64,000 nucleotides of DNA from an uncultured bacterium (GTDB lineage Bacteria > Babelota > Babeliae > Babelales > Vermiphilaceae): contig OY969561.1 of the NCBI GenBank assembly GCA_963701085.1, positions 288,001 through 352,000 on the forward strand, written 5' to 3'. The first letter of the stretch is position 1, and each line of letters begins with the position of its first letter. Below, one piece after another: positions 29,771 to 39,443 of the stretch. The translations under genes and the position numbers were made by a program. The notes under the pieces were generated by a model. The model saw only the letters and a list, made by a program, of their open reading frames with translations, was not told the DNA's origin and did no database searches.

Positions 29771-32248
29771 CTACTGAGCGTAACGCATAAGAAAGGGGAT
29801 GACGGTGTCAGGTGTTAGGGATAGCGAATTAATTCCAGTATCGATCAAAAATTCTGCGAGATCAGGAAAATCAGATGGTGCTTGGCCGCAGATACCGATG
29901 TAAGTACCAATTCTGTTAGCAGCTTGTATCGCCATCGTAAGCATTTTTTTAACCGCCGGATCACGTTCATCAAAGATTGCGCTCACTAATGCAGAGTCGC
30001 GATCAATTCCCATTGTTGTTTGCGTAAGATCATTTGAACCAATTGAAAATCCGTCAAAGTATTGGCTGAATTCTTCGATCAGCATGACGTTGCAGGGTAG
30101 TTCGCACATCATGATTACTTCAAGGCCATTGACGCCACGTTCTAAGCCATTATTACTCATTTCTGTAATCACGCTTTCTGCTTCTTTGAGTGAACGTACA
30201 AACGGGATCATCATTTTTACATTGGTAAGTCCCATGCGCTCGCGAACAATTTTCATTGCTTGGCATTCAAGCGCAAATGCATCGCGGTATTGTGGATGAT
30301 AATAACGGGATGCACCACGGAACCCAATCATGGGATTTTCTTCAATTGGTTCAAAATAAGATCCGCCAATTAAGTTGTAATACTCGTTACTTTTGAAATC
30401 TGAAAAACGAACAATAATTGGACGTGGATAGAATGCTGCAGCCATCATGCCAACGGCACAGGCAAGTTGTTCAACAAAAAATTCCGTTTTGCTCGTATAT
30501 GCGGCGGTCATCTGTTCAATTTTTTCGATGATTGCATTGTCAGTAATCATGTCAGGATAGACAAGTGCCATGGGGTGCACTTTAAGTGCATTGGTAATAA
30601 TAAATTCTAGGCGCACTAATCCAATGCCAGCTGTTGGTAGGAATGATGTTTTGAATGCGCTATCAGGATCGGCGATGTTGACCATTATAGGAACAGGAGC
30701 ATTGCCAATGTTGTCCAAAGAAACGTTCGTGATATCAAATGGAATAAGGCCGTCATATACAATGCCAATGGTTCCGCCGCTGCAATCAAGGGTAATGTTT
30801 TGCCCAGATTTTATTTTTTCTGTTGCATATTGTGTGCCAACAATTGCAGGAATACCTAGTTCTCTGCTCACAATTGCTGCGTGACATGTTCTGCCGCCAC
30901 GATTGGTTATAATGCCAGCCGCTTGTTTCATGGCAGGAACCCAATCGGGATTTGTCATATCAGTGATAATAACATCGGTTGGACTGATGTGATCGATGTC
31001 TTCTATTGAGTTGATAATGCGTGCAGTGCCAGACGCAATTTGTTGACCAACGCTTATTCCTTTTACCAGAATGCTCCCTGCTAATGTTGCACGATCAGCT
31101 GAGAGTGTAAAAAGATGAAGACTGTTTTCTCGTATGCCGGTATGTACCGTTTCTGGGCGAGCTTGTACAATGTAGAGTTTGCCATCGATACCATCTTTTG
31201 CCCATTCAATATCCATTGGTGTCCAATTATTTCCAGTGCGTTTTTGGTATTGACGCGAATAATGTTGTTCAATTGTTATCACCATGTGCGCAAGTTCAAG
31301 AATTTCATCATTGGTTAAACAATAGTGCATTTGATCATCTCTTGAAACAGAAACAGTTTCGATTAGATTACTTTGTTCATGACTATAAATTATTTTTGTA
31401 TTTTTGATTCCCAACTGCTTTTTAATGATTGGTGCAAATCCTTGAGTTAGTGTTGTTTTATGTACAATGTATTCATCAGGAGTAACCGCACCTTGTACAA
31501 TTGCTTCTCCAAGACCGTATGATCCATTGATAACGACTACATCAGAAAATCCACTTTCTGTGTCGAGCGAAAATGCAACACCTGAGCATGCAATATCTGA
31601 GCGAATCATTTTTTGTACACCAACTGAAAGTGCTATTTCCATTTGATCAAAGCCTTGTTCTTTGCGATAAGCAATTGCGCGATCATTAAATAATGAAGCT
31701 ATACATTTTTTATAATAGGTGAGAACATGTTCTGCGCCTTGTACGTGTAAAAATGTATCTTGTTGGCCTGCAAAAGAAGCATCGGGTAAATCTTCTGCTG
31801 TTGCAGATGATCGTACCGCAACATCGCATTGTTCTTCATTATAATATGTTGATAACTCCTGATATGCTGTATATATTTCGGTTGCAAGATCTGGAGGGAT
31901 CTGCCCATGTTCAATGAGTGCGCGAATTTCTTCACTGATATTTTTGAGTGTTTTTAAATCACTTATATCGGTGATTTGGTTGGCAAGATTGGTAATTTGT
32001 TGCGTTAAATTATTGTAATTCATGTAAGCATTATAGCCATCAACAGTGACCGCAAATCCTTGAGGCACTCTAATTCCCTGTGAGCTGAGCGCGCTGATCA
32101 TTTGCCCCAGTGAAGCATTTTTTCCGCCAACAAGATTTAAATCAGAAAGTTTTACATCTTGTAGTGATCTAATATAACGATAGTGCGGTTTTGTTTCTTC
32201 TGGTGTGGAGAGAAAAATGAGCAAAAGAAAATAGTGTAATGCTTTCAT
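29771..32248 (-). CDS. ppsA: Phosphoenolpyruvate synthase
   Basis: VGGKNASLG, VRSSATAEDLP.ASFAGQ, GGRTCHAAIVSRELG and IGSNDLTQ motifs. Confidence 0.96.
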   Translation of the reverse strand: MKALHYFLLLIFLSTPEETKPHYRYIRSLQDVKLSDLNLVGGKNASLGQMISALSSQGIRVPQGFAVTVDGYNAYMNYNNLTQQITNLANQITDISDLKTLKNISEEIRALIEHGQIPPDLATEIYTAYQELSTYYNEEQCDVAVRSSATAEDLPDASFAGQQDTFLHVQGAEHVLTYYKKCIASLFNDRAIAYRKEQGFDQMEIALSVGVQKMIRSDIACSGVAFSLDTESGFSDVVVINGSYGLGEAIVQGAVTPDEYIVHKTTLTQGFAPIIKKQLGIKNTKIIYSHEQSNLIETVSVSRDDQMHYCLTNDEILELAHMVITIEQHYSRQYQKRTGNNWTPMDIEWAKDGIDGKLYIVQARPETVHTGIRENSLHLFTLSADRATLAGSILVKGISVGQQIASGTARIINSIEDIDHISPTDVIITDMTNPDWVPAMKQAAGIITNRGGRTCHAAIVSRELGIPAIVGTQYATEKIKSGQNITLDCSGGTIGIVYDGLIPFDITNVSLDNIGNAPVPIMVNIADPDSAFKTSFLPTAGIGLVRLEFIITNALKVHPMALVYPDMITDNAIIEKIEQMTAAYTSKTEFFVEQLACAVGMMAAAFYPRPIIVRFSDFKSNEYYNLIGGSYFEPIEENPMIGFRGASRYYHPQYRDAFALECQAMKIVRERMGLTNVKMMIPFVRSLKEAESVITEMSNNGLERGVNGLEVIMMCELPCNVMLIEEFSQYFDGFSIGSNDLTQTTMGIDRDSALVSAIFDERDPAVKKMLTMAIQAANRIGTYIGICGQAPSDFPDLAEFLIDTGINSLSLTPDTVIPFLMRYAQ

Positions 32249-32400
32249 AGAGAGATCCTTAGTTTGTTTTTTATGATCATAAATTGATTATCATGTATGG
32301 TACTAAAGGGTAATTTGTAAAAACAATATTTTGTTTTTTTTGTGTGTTGATAGGTGATACTCTGTGCGAGTAGTGCAAAATTTTAAAAAAGGTAGAAGTT

Positions 32401-33882
32401 ATGAAAGAAAAAGCAGAAGTGTATCTTGTTCAGGAAAGTATGGTTTGGTCGGTAATTTGTGCAGCAGCACAAAACACTATTGTTCAAGTTTTTGCACAGA
32501 TTGGACAATTTGATTGGTGTGAGCCGTATCGCATAGAAGCGCAATATGAAAGCTTTGGTAGTGGTTTTTTGATTGATGATAATGGGTACGTGGTTACTAA
32601 CGCGCATGTTGTTGAGAGTGCAAAATATATTTGGATTCAGGTTCCTATTCTTGGTAGACAAAAGCTTGACGTAGAAGTGGTTGGTATTTGTCCTGATCGT
32701 GATATTGCATTGTTAAAAGTGAGTGACAGTGGTATTGAAATGTTACGTCAATTATTGGGGTCAATACCATTTTTATTGTTAGGTGACTCTGATGTGGTGA
32801 AAAATGCTGACGGTGTTTTGGTGCTTGGTTATCCACTGGGGCAGTACCACGTTAAAAGTACCACCGGCATTGTTAGTGGCCAAGAATTTGTGATATCAAG
32901 TTCTTTGTTACAAGTGACTGCTCCTATTAATCCTGGTAATTCTGGTGGGCCGTTGCTCAATGCACAGGGTCAGGTGATTGGTATTGCGGTTGCTATAGCA
33001 GCGAGCGCGCAAAATGTGGGGTATGCAATTCCTATTAATGAGCTAAAAATTATACTTGATGATTTGCGTAGTAAAAAATTTGTTCGTCGGCCTTATTTGG
33101 GCGTGCGTTTTGTGAGTGCAAGTGATGAAAAAGCGAAATTTCTGAATAATCCAGTTCCCTGTGGTTTGTATGTTGCGCAGGTGTTTACGGGGACTATTTT
33201 TGCCCGCGCGGGTGTGCAAAATGGAGATATGCTTTATGAGTTTGATGGTTGCGCGATTGATGCATACGGAGAAATGTATGTTGAGTGGTTGCGCAATAAA
33301 ATGTCAATATACGATCTTATTACGCGTATTAAGGTCGGCGATAAGATACCGCTTGTTATTTATCGCAATGGAGAACGTAAAGAATTGACCTGCGTGATCG
33401 ACGATGAACCTCCCTTCGCTATACGAAAAAAATTCCCTAATTATGAACCTGTTGCGTACGATACTATTGCAGGTATGGTTATTATGGAGCTTGCAGAAAA
33501 CCATCTTGAGGTTTTGATGGAAGATTATCCAGAATTGGTGCAGTTCCATCAGCCAGAGAATCGAGTTAATTCAGCGCTTATTATTACGAATATTGTTCCT
33601 GGTTCGTATGCATATCAAGTGGAATCATTAAATCCGGGAAATATTATTGTTACCGTCAATGATATTCCGGTGCAAACGCTCGCTGATTGGGAAAAAGCGC
33701 TTGAAAAAAGTGTAACAACAGGATTTATTGCATTAAAAACAGATCATAATGTGTTGACCGTGTTGTTATTAGAAAAAATTCTTGCAGATGAAATTAAGTT
33801 AAGTAAGGCGTTTGAGTATCCACTTTCTGAAACGGTAAAGAGATTGCAATCAATGGCACAGTATACACATAAGGATGACTAA
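32401..33882 (+). CDS. Second HtrA/DegP-like protease (paralog of 27274-28920)
   Basis: GSGF, TNAHVV and INPGNSGGP motifs; no N-terminal anchor. Confidence 0.92.
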   Translation: MKEKAEVYLVQESMVWSVICAAAQNTIVQVFAQIGQFDWCEPYRIEAQYESFGSGFLIDDNGYVVTNAHVVESAKYIWIQVPILGRQKLDVEVVGICPDRDIALLKVSDSGIEMLRQLLGSIPFLLLGDSDVVKNADGVLVLGYPLGQYHVKSTTGIVSGQEFVISSSLLQVTAPINPGNSGGPLLNAQGQVIGIAVAIAASAQNVGYAIPINELKIILDDLRSKKFVRRPYLGVRFVSASDEKAKFLNNPVPCGLYVAQVFTGTIFARAGVQNGDMLYEFDGCAIDAYGEMYVEWLRNKMSIYDLITRIKVGDKIPLVIYRNGERKELTCVIDDEPPFAIRKKFPNYEPVAYDTIAGMVIMELAENHLEVLMEDYPELVQFHQPENRVNSALIITNIVPGSYAYQVESLNPGNIIVTVNDIPVQTLADWEKALEKSVTTGFIALKTDHNVLTVLLLEKILADEIKLSKAFEYPLSETVKRLQSMAQYTHKDD

Positions 33883-34394
33883 GAAATTATACATAGGCAC
33901 GCGTGATCGTCATTGGTCTGAGTATTTTTAAGCGAAGCTTTTTTATATTGTATAATCCTTTGTTCTTCGGTTCTAACATATTTATCAAGTTCTTGTTGTA
34001 ATTTCTTTTTTTCTTGCTCAACATACTTGTTAAAAATGGGAGTGGATGCATTGTGACTATAAAATTTTGCGTATTCAAGAACGTTTTGCACGCAAGAAGA
34101 GTCAAAGAGTGGTTTTTTTGTATGTAAAATCCATTCAAGAAAATTGCTATTGTTTGTATGACAACTATATACCAAGAGAGATGTTATTTCTTCTTCTTTA
34201 CGAGGAAGTATTTTTTTTGCCTCTGTTATATTGTTATCCAGAAATAGTTCATAAATTGTTTTATTTAAACCTGATAAATTTGAACGATAATTTATCTCTA
34301 ATGTAGAAATGATTTTTAAAAAGTTTACAGGTTCCATAGTATAAGCTGTTGAAGCAGATACTAATAGTGTGCAGAGTAATAATTTATAGAGCAT
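33879..34394 (-). CDS. Putative secreted ankyrin-like protein with C-terminal CaaX (CIIS)
   Basis: Signal MLYKLLLC..AYT-ME; ankyrin-like NNSNFLEWIL; ends CLCIIS. Confidence 0.7.
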   Translation of the reverse strand: MLYKLLLCTLLVSASTAYTMEPVNFLKIISTLEINYRSNLSGLNKTIYELFLDNNITEAKKILPRKEEEITSLLVYSCHTNNSNFLEWILHTKKPLFDSSCVQNVLEYAKFYSHNASTPIFNKYVEQEKKKLQQELDKYVRTEEQRIIQYKKASLKNTQTNDDHACLCIIS

Positions 34395-34460
34395 GCTATT
34401 TTCCTGATTGACCAATAAAAGTATAATATAGCAGGATTCACAAAGACATACACTATTTCC

Positions 34461-34589
34461 CGCGCTCGCCCTGAACTTGTTGAAGGGTTTTCTTCGAGCG
34501 CTCGGGGATATCCTTTATTCCCCAATTTACACTTCGTTTCAATCGGGGTCCCCATCGAAAGAAACTGAAGATGGGGTTAAACGAGCGCG
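34461..34589. repeat. Composite family A element
   Basis: Same structure and orientation as 17906-18029. Confidence 0.92.
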
Positions 34590-34630
34590 GGGAGGATATT
34601 TAATATTTTTCAGTTTTAGGGATAGGCTTA

Positions 34631-35284
34631 TTAAAAAAGTATACATTTTTTGTATCCGGCTACGTTTGGCATATATCCTGTATCATCAGGTCGATACAAT
34701 GGTTCTGGTATGGCTACAACTTCATCATATTTTCCCATTTCATCGTCCCAGTATTGCATCGCTTGAATTTTGACATAGTCATTGAGCAGTTGAGTTATTT
34801 CATTATGATTCAGTTGTTTTGAGTTTGCAAGAGAGCGGTCTATGAGGGGAGATTGAAAATATGGTTTTCTTGTGTTGAGTAGCCAGCGCATAAAATTTAT
34901 ATTGTTTTGTTCTATGCCATACAAAAAAAGATCTGATACATCAACTTGGTTGCGCGGTAATTTTGTGCTGAGTTTTGGTTTGTTGTTAAGAAATAGTTTG
35001 TAAGCTTCTTCAGCAAGTTTTAGAGCGCCTTGCCTGCGCAAATCATTTATGAGAACTGCATCATTTTTGTTACACGCGCTGTTATATCGTTCATTTAATA
35101 TATGTTGAGGGATAATCATTTTGAATAATTTTTTATTAGTAAGCTTAAGAGCTATACGATCATCCCGGTCAAGTTGCGGAGCAATATTATAGGTAATGAT
35201 CTGGCTATTTTCGAATACAAGTTTCATGGCATGCGTTGCTGAGATGGGAAAGAGGAGTAGACCGAGTAATAATTTATGGTGCAT
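34631..35284 (-). CDS. Putative secreted F-box-like/ankyrin-like protein with C-terminal CaaX (CILF)
   Basis: Start MHHKLLL at 35284; signal ..THA-MK; NNINFMRWLL; ends KKCILF; paralog of 33879. Confidence 0.7.
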   Translation of the reverse strand: MHHKLLLGLLLFPISATHAMKLVFENSQIITYNIAPQLDRDDRIALKLTNKKLFKMIIPQHILNERYNSACNKNDAVLINDLRRQGALKLAEEAYKLFLNNKPKLSTKLPRNQVDVSDLFLYGIEQNNINFMRWLLNTRKPYFQSPLIDRSLANSKQLNHNEITQLLNDYVKIQAMQYWDDEMGKYDEVVAIPEPLYRPDDTGYMPNVAGYKKCILF

Positions 35285-35377
35285 ATTATTTCCTGGTAAT
35301 AAAATTAATGGAATTATGATTATACTATATCTGAGGCAGGTAAATGAGTCAATTTGGTGGTTTAATGGGTAAAATGT

Positions 35378-36112
35378 ATGGCTAAAATAAAAAAACGTCT
35401 TGATGTGAGATTGCAGGAATTGTTGCCAGAATATGATGAGCGACACATTCAAAGTTGGATTATGCAAGGGAAAGTTTTTGTTGATGACGAGCGCGTGACA
35501 ACACCAGGAACACAAGTTGCTGAGGATGCAAAGATTACTCACACCATTGAAGAGCCAAAGTTTGTCAGCCGTGCTGGTTTAAAGCTAGAAAAAGCACTTG
35601 ATCATTTTCATATAGATGTGAAAGGTTTAACTGTTTTAGATGCGGGAATTTCCACCGGTGGATTTACTGATTGTTTATTACAGCGCGGGGCAAAAAAAGT
35701 GTATGGTGTTGATGTTGGTTATGGTGATGTTCATGAAAAAATACGTACCGATGAACGTCTGGTTTTATTAGAAAAGACAAATGTACGGTTGTTGGAATCG
35801 GTTGGTGAGCCTGTTGATCTGATAACACTCGATTTATCATTCATTTCTGTTTTAAATGTCATGCAGACTGTTTGTAAAATTTTAAAAAAGGATGGCAAGC
35901 TTGTTATTCTTATCAAGCCACAGTTTGAAGCAAGTAAGCATGAAGTTGGCGCTGGCGGAATTGTGCGTGATGATAAAATTCGCCAAGCTATTGTAGGTGT
36001 GGTTGTTAAAGGAATTGTGCAGTATGGTTTTGAATCTGTTGGCGTGATTGATTCACCAATTTCAGGCGCAAAGGGTAATAAAGAGTTTCTGGCGTATTTT
36101 TTACGCAAGTAA
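35378..36112 (+). CDS. tlyA: TlyA family rRNA 2'-O-methyltransferase
   Basis: S4 domain KRLD; FVSRAGLKL, DAGISTGGFTD, DLSFIS, IKPQFE and GN.EFL motifs. Confidence 0.95.
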   Translation: MAKIKKRLDVRLQELLPEYDERHIQSWIMQGKVFVDDERVTTPGTQVAEDAKITHTIEEPKFVSRAGLKLEKALDHFHIDVKGLTVLDAGISTGGFTDCLLQRGAKKVYGVDVGYGDVHEKIRTDERLVLLEKTNVRLLESVGEPVDLITLDLSFISVLNVMQTVCKILKKDGKLVILIKPQFEASKHEVGAGGIVRDDKIRQAIVGVVVKGIVQYGFESVGVIDSPISGAKGNKEFLAYFLRK

Positions 36113-36661
36113 TGTGCGCAATAGTTGTCTATTGGTATCAAGGGCACTAGTAATTGTTTGTTGCTTGCCCTTCGACGTGTCCTCCGAAGCCTTGGCGAAG
36201 GAGGAAGCTTCAGCGGAGTAGGGCTTGTCCTTCGAAGCTTCAGCGGAGTAGGGTCGATTATCGATACTTGCAAAAATCTTGCTCAAATCATTAACCGCAG
36301 CTAACAATTTTTGTTCTAGCTGTGCTTCTTTTGTTACAATGGCAATTGATCCAATGGGCCCAAGTAATGCCAGACCAGGTGAATTTTTTTTGTACTTTTC
36401 CTCAATGGTTGCAAGTTGGTCTTTGATCTCCCCAATGGCATGCGCATAGGTGTGGGCGTGCAACGGGTGTTCTTCCAAAAAGTGCAGCTGGCGTTGAGCT
36501 GTATATATTTGATCAATAAAGCTGCGATCAAGCTCATGAATCATTGATTCTTTGTGTTCGGCTAAAAATGAAAAAGTACGATCAAAAGCCGTTTTTACGA
36601 GGAAAAACAGCATGCATAGTAATAAAATGTCCCTAATTCTACTAAAAAATGAGTATTTCAT
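36101..36661 (-). CDS. Hypothetical membrane-anchored protein with in-frame family B insertions
   Basis: Probable start MKYSFF; contains PYSAEASKDKPYSAEASSFAKASEDT encoded by GC-rich repeats; start approximate. Confidence 0.65.
   Translation of the reverse strand: MKYSFFSRIRDILLLCMLFFLVKTAFDRTFSFLAEHKESMIHELDRSFIDQIYTAQRQLHFLEEHPLHAHTYAHAIGEIKDQLATIEEKYKKNSPGLALLGPIGSIAIVTKEAQLEQKLLAAVNDLSKIFASIDNRPYSAEASKDKPYSAEASSFAKASEDTSKGKQQTITSALDTNRQLLRTLLA
36164..36253. repeat. Tandem and nested family B hairpins inside a CDS
   Basis: cttgcccttcgac[gtgtcctccgaagccttggcgaaggagg]aagcttcagcggagtaggg followed by cttgtccttcgaagcttcagcggagtaggg. Confidence 0.88.
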
Positions 36662-36860
36662 GGTTAAAAACCCCCTAGGTTTATAGTCCTTTGTCCCTAT
36701 TTTTAGGATAACATCTATAAGTATGATGGTCAAAAGGGTCTATTTTACGGTGTTTTTTGTGTATTTAGGGAGGTTTTTTTAAAGGAGCTTGTTAATTACC
36801 TTCCTTTTTCTATATAATAATTACAGGTAGGGTTTGTTTTATAAAAAATAGGGAAAGCGT

Positions 36861-37961
36861 ATGAAATCAATTAAAAATATCGTTTTTACGGTAATTTTAG
36901 GTGCTATTTGTTGTGAAAGTAATGGTAGCGAAGCCGTGAATACAATGACTACCATGGCACAAGGAATTACTGCAAAAGTGAGAAATTTGCGAGATAAGAT
37001 TGTTACCATTGATCCTGAGAAAGATATTCAGCAGAAGGAAGAAGCTATTCTTGAAATAAATAATTTAGAAAAACCGCTTCATGATTTAAAAATATTTGTT
37101 CAAAAAGAGAAACGTAAAAATCCCGGTTTTATCAATCAATTGAATACTGAGGGGATGCCGCCACGTATAATCGAAGAAGAGGTTGAGTTATGTTTTAGGC
37201 ATGATTTGGATGCGATAGGCATGTCATTGGGCATAGGAGCAGCTGAAGAGAATTACGATATATGGAAATTGGGAGATGAAGAATGGAAAATTTATAGTAT
37301 GATCGAAAATTTGTCAGGTCCGGTGGTTATATTTAAAAATCTTGATAAACGTTATAAGAATTATCTTGAATTTGTTGCTGAAAATAAAAGATATAGTCCT
37401 CAGGAGGCACATGTTATTTTGCATATTGCTACGTATGTGATTGCTATGAGAGAGTGCCTTGCTCTTGCTGAAAAAGATGCGGGACGTTATTTGTTTAATT
37501 TGCTAAAGACTTATGTTGATTGGTTGCCAGAGGCAACTCATTTTGGTGAAAATGTAGAAATAATTATGCAGCATGGTAGCCTCATAAGCGTTATGGATAA
37601 AAATAATAAAACAATGCTTGATTGGACGAATGATTTAATCAACCAAGTAAAAGTAAAAAGTGAATCATTGAAAAAAAGGAATATATCAACTATTTATACG
37701 GATGAGAGTTTGAAACAACTTCGCGAAATAGCAATGATGTTAAAAGGAATTATCAGAATAGAAACGGGTAAAAGAAAACTTGCAACAAGAGATCCTTTGA
37801 GGTTAAAGAAAGCTTTTAATCCCGCAGCTATTCCTGGATATGAAAGCCCATTAACTGAAGAAGAAAAAAAGAATATAGAAAGATTAAAAGCATTAAATCT
37901 TTCAACAGAAAAAAAACTTATTGATGTATCGTATAAGGCACAACAATCATATCCACGTTAA
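36861..37961 (+). CDS. Putative secreted hypothetical protein with an ankyrin-like segment
   Basis: Signal peptide; HGS.IS.MDKNNKTMLDW. Confidence 0.65.
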   Translation: MKSIKNIVFTVILGAICCESNGSEAVNTMTTMAQGITAKVRNLRDKIVTIDPEKDIQQKEEAILEINNLEKPLHDLKIFVQKEKRKNPGFINQLNTEGMPPRIIEEEVELCFRHDLDAIGMSLGIGAAEENYDIWKLGDEEWKIYSMIENLSGPVVIFKNLDKRYKNYLEFVAENKRYSPQEAHVILHIATYVIAMRECLALAEKDAGRYLFNLLKTYVDWLPEATHFGENVEIIMQHGSLISVMDKNNKTMLDWTNDLINQVKVKSESLKKRNISTIYTDESLKQLREIAMMLKGIIRIETGKRKLATRDPLRLKKAFNPAAIPGYESPLTEEEKKNIERLKALNLSTEKKLIDVSYKAQQSYPR

Positions 37962-38007
37962 AATAAGAACCTATTCCTAAAGTCGAAAAATATTGAATTT
38001 CCTCCTC

Positions 38008-38083
38008 GCGCTCGTCCTGAGCCTGTCGAAGGATATCTTTGAGCGCTCAGAAAGAAACCCTTCAACAAGTTCAGGGCGAGCGC
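38008..38083. repeat. Family A short doublet (like 23549-23624)
   Basis: gcgctcgtcctgagcctgtcgaagga...gagcgctc...cccttcaacaagttcagggcgagcgc. Confidence 0.92.
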
Positions 38084-38216
38084 AAGAAAAAATTAGTTTA
38101 GGGATAGGCTTTAATTTTAAAAAGAGGGTATTTTTTTATTTGTTATTACATAAAACATTGATTTGCTGGTCAAATAAGCTTTTTTCTGGTACAAATAATG
38201 ATATAATTTCTTGATA

Positions 38217-38270
38217 TTGCGCCCCCTTCGACAGGCTCAGGATAAACTCCGCTCATGAGCTAGGGCGCAA
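38217..38270. repeat. Hybrid A/B hairpin upstream of tRNA-Arg(TCG)
   Basis: ttgcgccc-ccttcgacaggctcaggataaa-ctccgctcatgagc-tagggcgcaa. Confidence 0.75.
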
Positions 38271-38287
38271 AAGAGTTGAAAGATATT

Positions 38288-38364
38288 GCGCCCGTAGCTC
38301 AGTCGGATAGAGCGCCTGACTTCGAATCAGTAGGTCGCAGGTTCGAATCCTGCCGGGCGCGCCA
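38288..38364 (+). tRNA. tRNA-Arg(TCG)
   Basis: GCGCCCG acceptor stem, CTGA-CTTCGAA-TCAG anticodon arm, GTTCGAATCC, CCA end. Confidence 0.94.
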
Positions 38365-38430
38365 TACTATGCTCCTCCTTTGGAGGACTTTTTTTATACA
38401 AAAAAAAGCAAGGCTTCGTATGGCAGGCCA
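38362..38430. repeat. Family B-type element starting at the tRNA CCA
   Basis: ccatac-tatgc-tcctcctttggagga-T8..A8-..gcttc-gtatgg-caggcca. Confidence 0.8.
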
Positions 38431-38442
38431 TCTTCTTAATGA

Positions 38443-38640
38443 TTATTTTTGTTTGTCTTGTAGGAGCTGCACTTCTTCGCCTTGTGCTTCACATACATTT
38501 TTTAGTGCAAGTAAAAATACACGAGGGTCTTCATTTTTAAGTGCTTCATTAAGATAAAGACTTGCTTCTTCTGGATCTTGCAAATCTTGAATCAATTTTT
38601 CTTGGTAATCTCTAAATTCTCTTTTTACAGTTCTTTTCAT
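38443..38640 (-). CDS. Addiction-module antidote protein (truncated), copy 1
   Basis: L.DPEEASLYLNEAL..EDPRVFLLALKNVCEAQG. Confidence 0.75.
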   Translation of the reverse strand: MKRTVKREFRDYQEKLIQDLQDPEEASLYLNEALKNEDPRVFLLALKNVCEAQGEEVQLLQDKQK

Positions 38641-38653
38641 AATGATTCAAAAC

Positions 38654-38960
38654 TTACGCCTTAAAGACATCTTTTGGTTCTTTACCCATAAGTGCCAAAA
38701 AATGAGCAAAGCTTGCCAATGTTAAATTTGCTTGCCCACGTTGTATCTTAGCTGCTTGAGATGGACTTGTAGATAAACGACGAACAACTTCGTTAAAACC
38801 AACTTTATTTTTCTTCATATACTCTGCCATAGTATCTGCAAGTATTTTTTGAATTGATCTAAGGATAGCAACTTCAAGTTGTGCTTGTTTTTTGATTTCA
38901 ATCAAGTTGTTCTTGAGAAAGTTTTGTTTTTATCAAATCATCAAAACTTTTTGTTTTCAT
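38654..38960 (-). pseudogene. XRE/HigA-like HTH antitoxin, frameshifted near 38900
   Basis: MKTKSFDD start; HTH EVVRRLSTSPSQAAKIQRG; ANLTLAS. Confidence 0.7.
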
Positions 38961-39277
38961 TATTCTCTCCATGCGTTTGTATGCAGTTTTAATATCTTTA
39001 TCTTGTGATTTTTTATCACCAGCAACAAGTAAAATAATCAGTTTATTTCCCTTAAAACAATAATATAATCGATAACCGAATCGTCGTTCACGCAACTCAA
39101 AAAGCCCTTTACCAAGCGAACGGCTATGTGGAAGTTGTAATTCATTTCCTAAATCCTCTAACATGCGGAGTTCCTTAGTTACCGATATAGCTTGTTCTTC
39201 GGTTAGCTTCTGAACCACTTTTCAATAGGACTTTTTCCGCTTTCATTAGCATAATACCGTATAATCCATCTTTCCAA
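38960..39277 (-). pseudogene. RelE/HigB (gp49-like) toxin, frameshifted near 39215 and read through into the antitoxin
   Basis: YYANESGKSPIEKWF, LPHSRSLGKGLFELR, YRLYY and GDKKSQDKDI motifs. Confidence 0.8.
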
Positions 39278-39443
39278 ATGTTTACTCCTATAAAAAGTAG
39301 TACTACTATAAAAGATATAGAATAGTGGGTGCGATGTCAACTTACTGTTAATTTAGTAAATTTCTGGTTTAATTTAAATGATGAATATACCGTCTGGATC
39401 ATTGTAAGCCAACGGTTATATTCACTTCACCGTTTCTGAACAT

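Noticed and set aside
35731-36273. 180-aa minus-strand ORF with PTPLKLRRT repeats
   Set aside because: It is antisense to tlyA and an alternative frame of the family B repeats.
38898-39218. Genuine toxin-antitoxin fusion protein
   Set aside because: The second copy has a stop overlapping the start (TAATG) at this junction, so the fusion depends on a single extra base in an indel-rich region.
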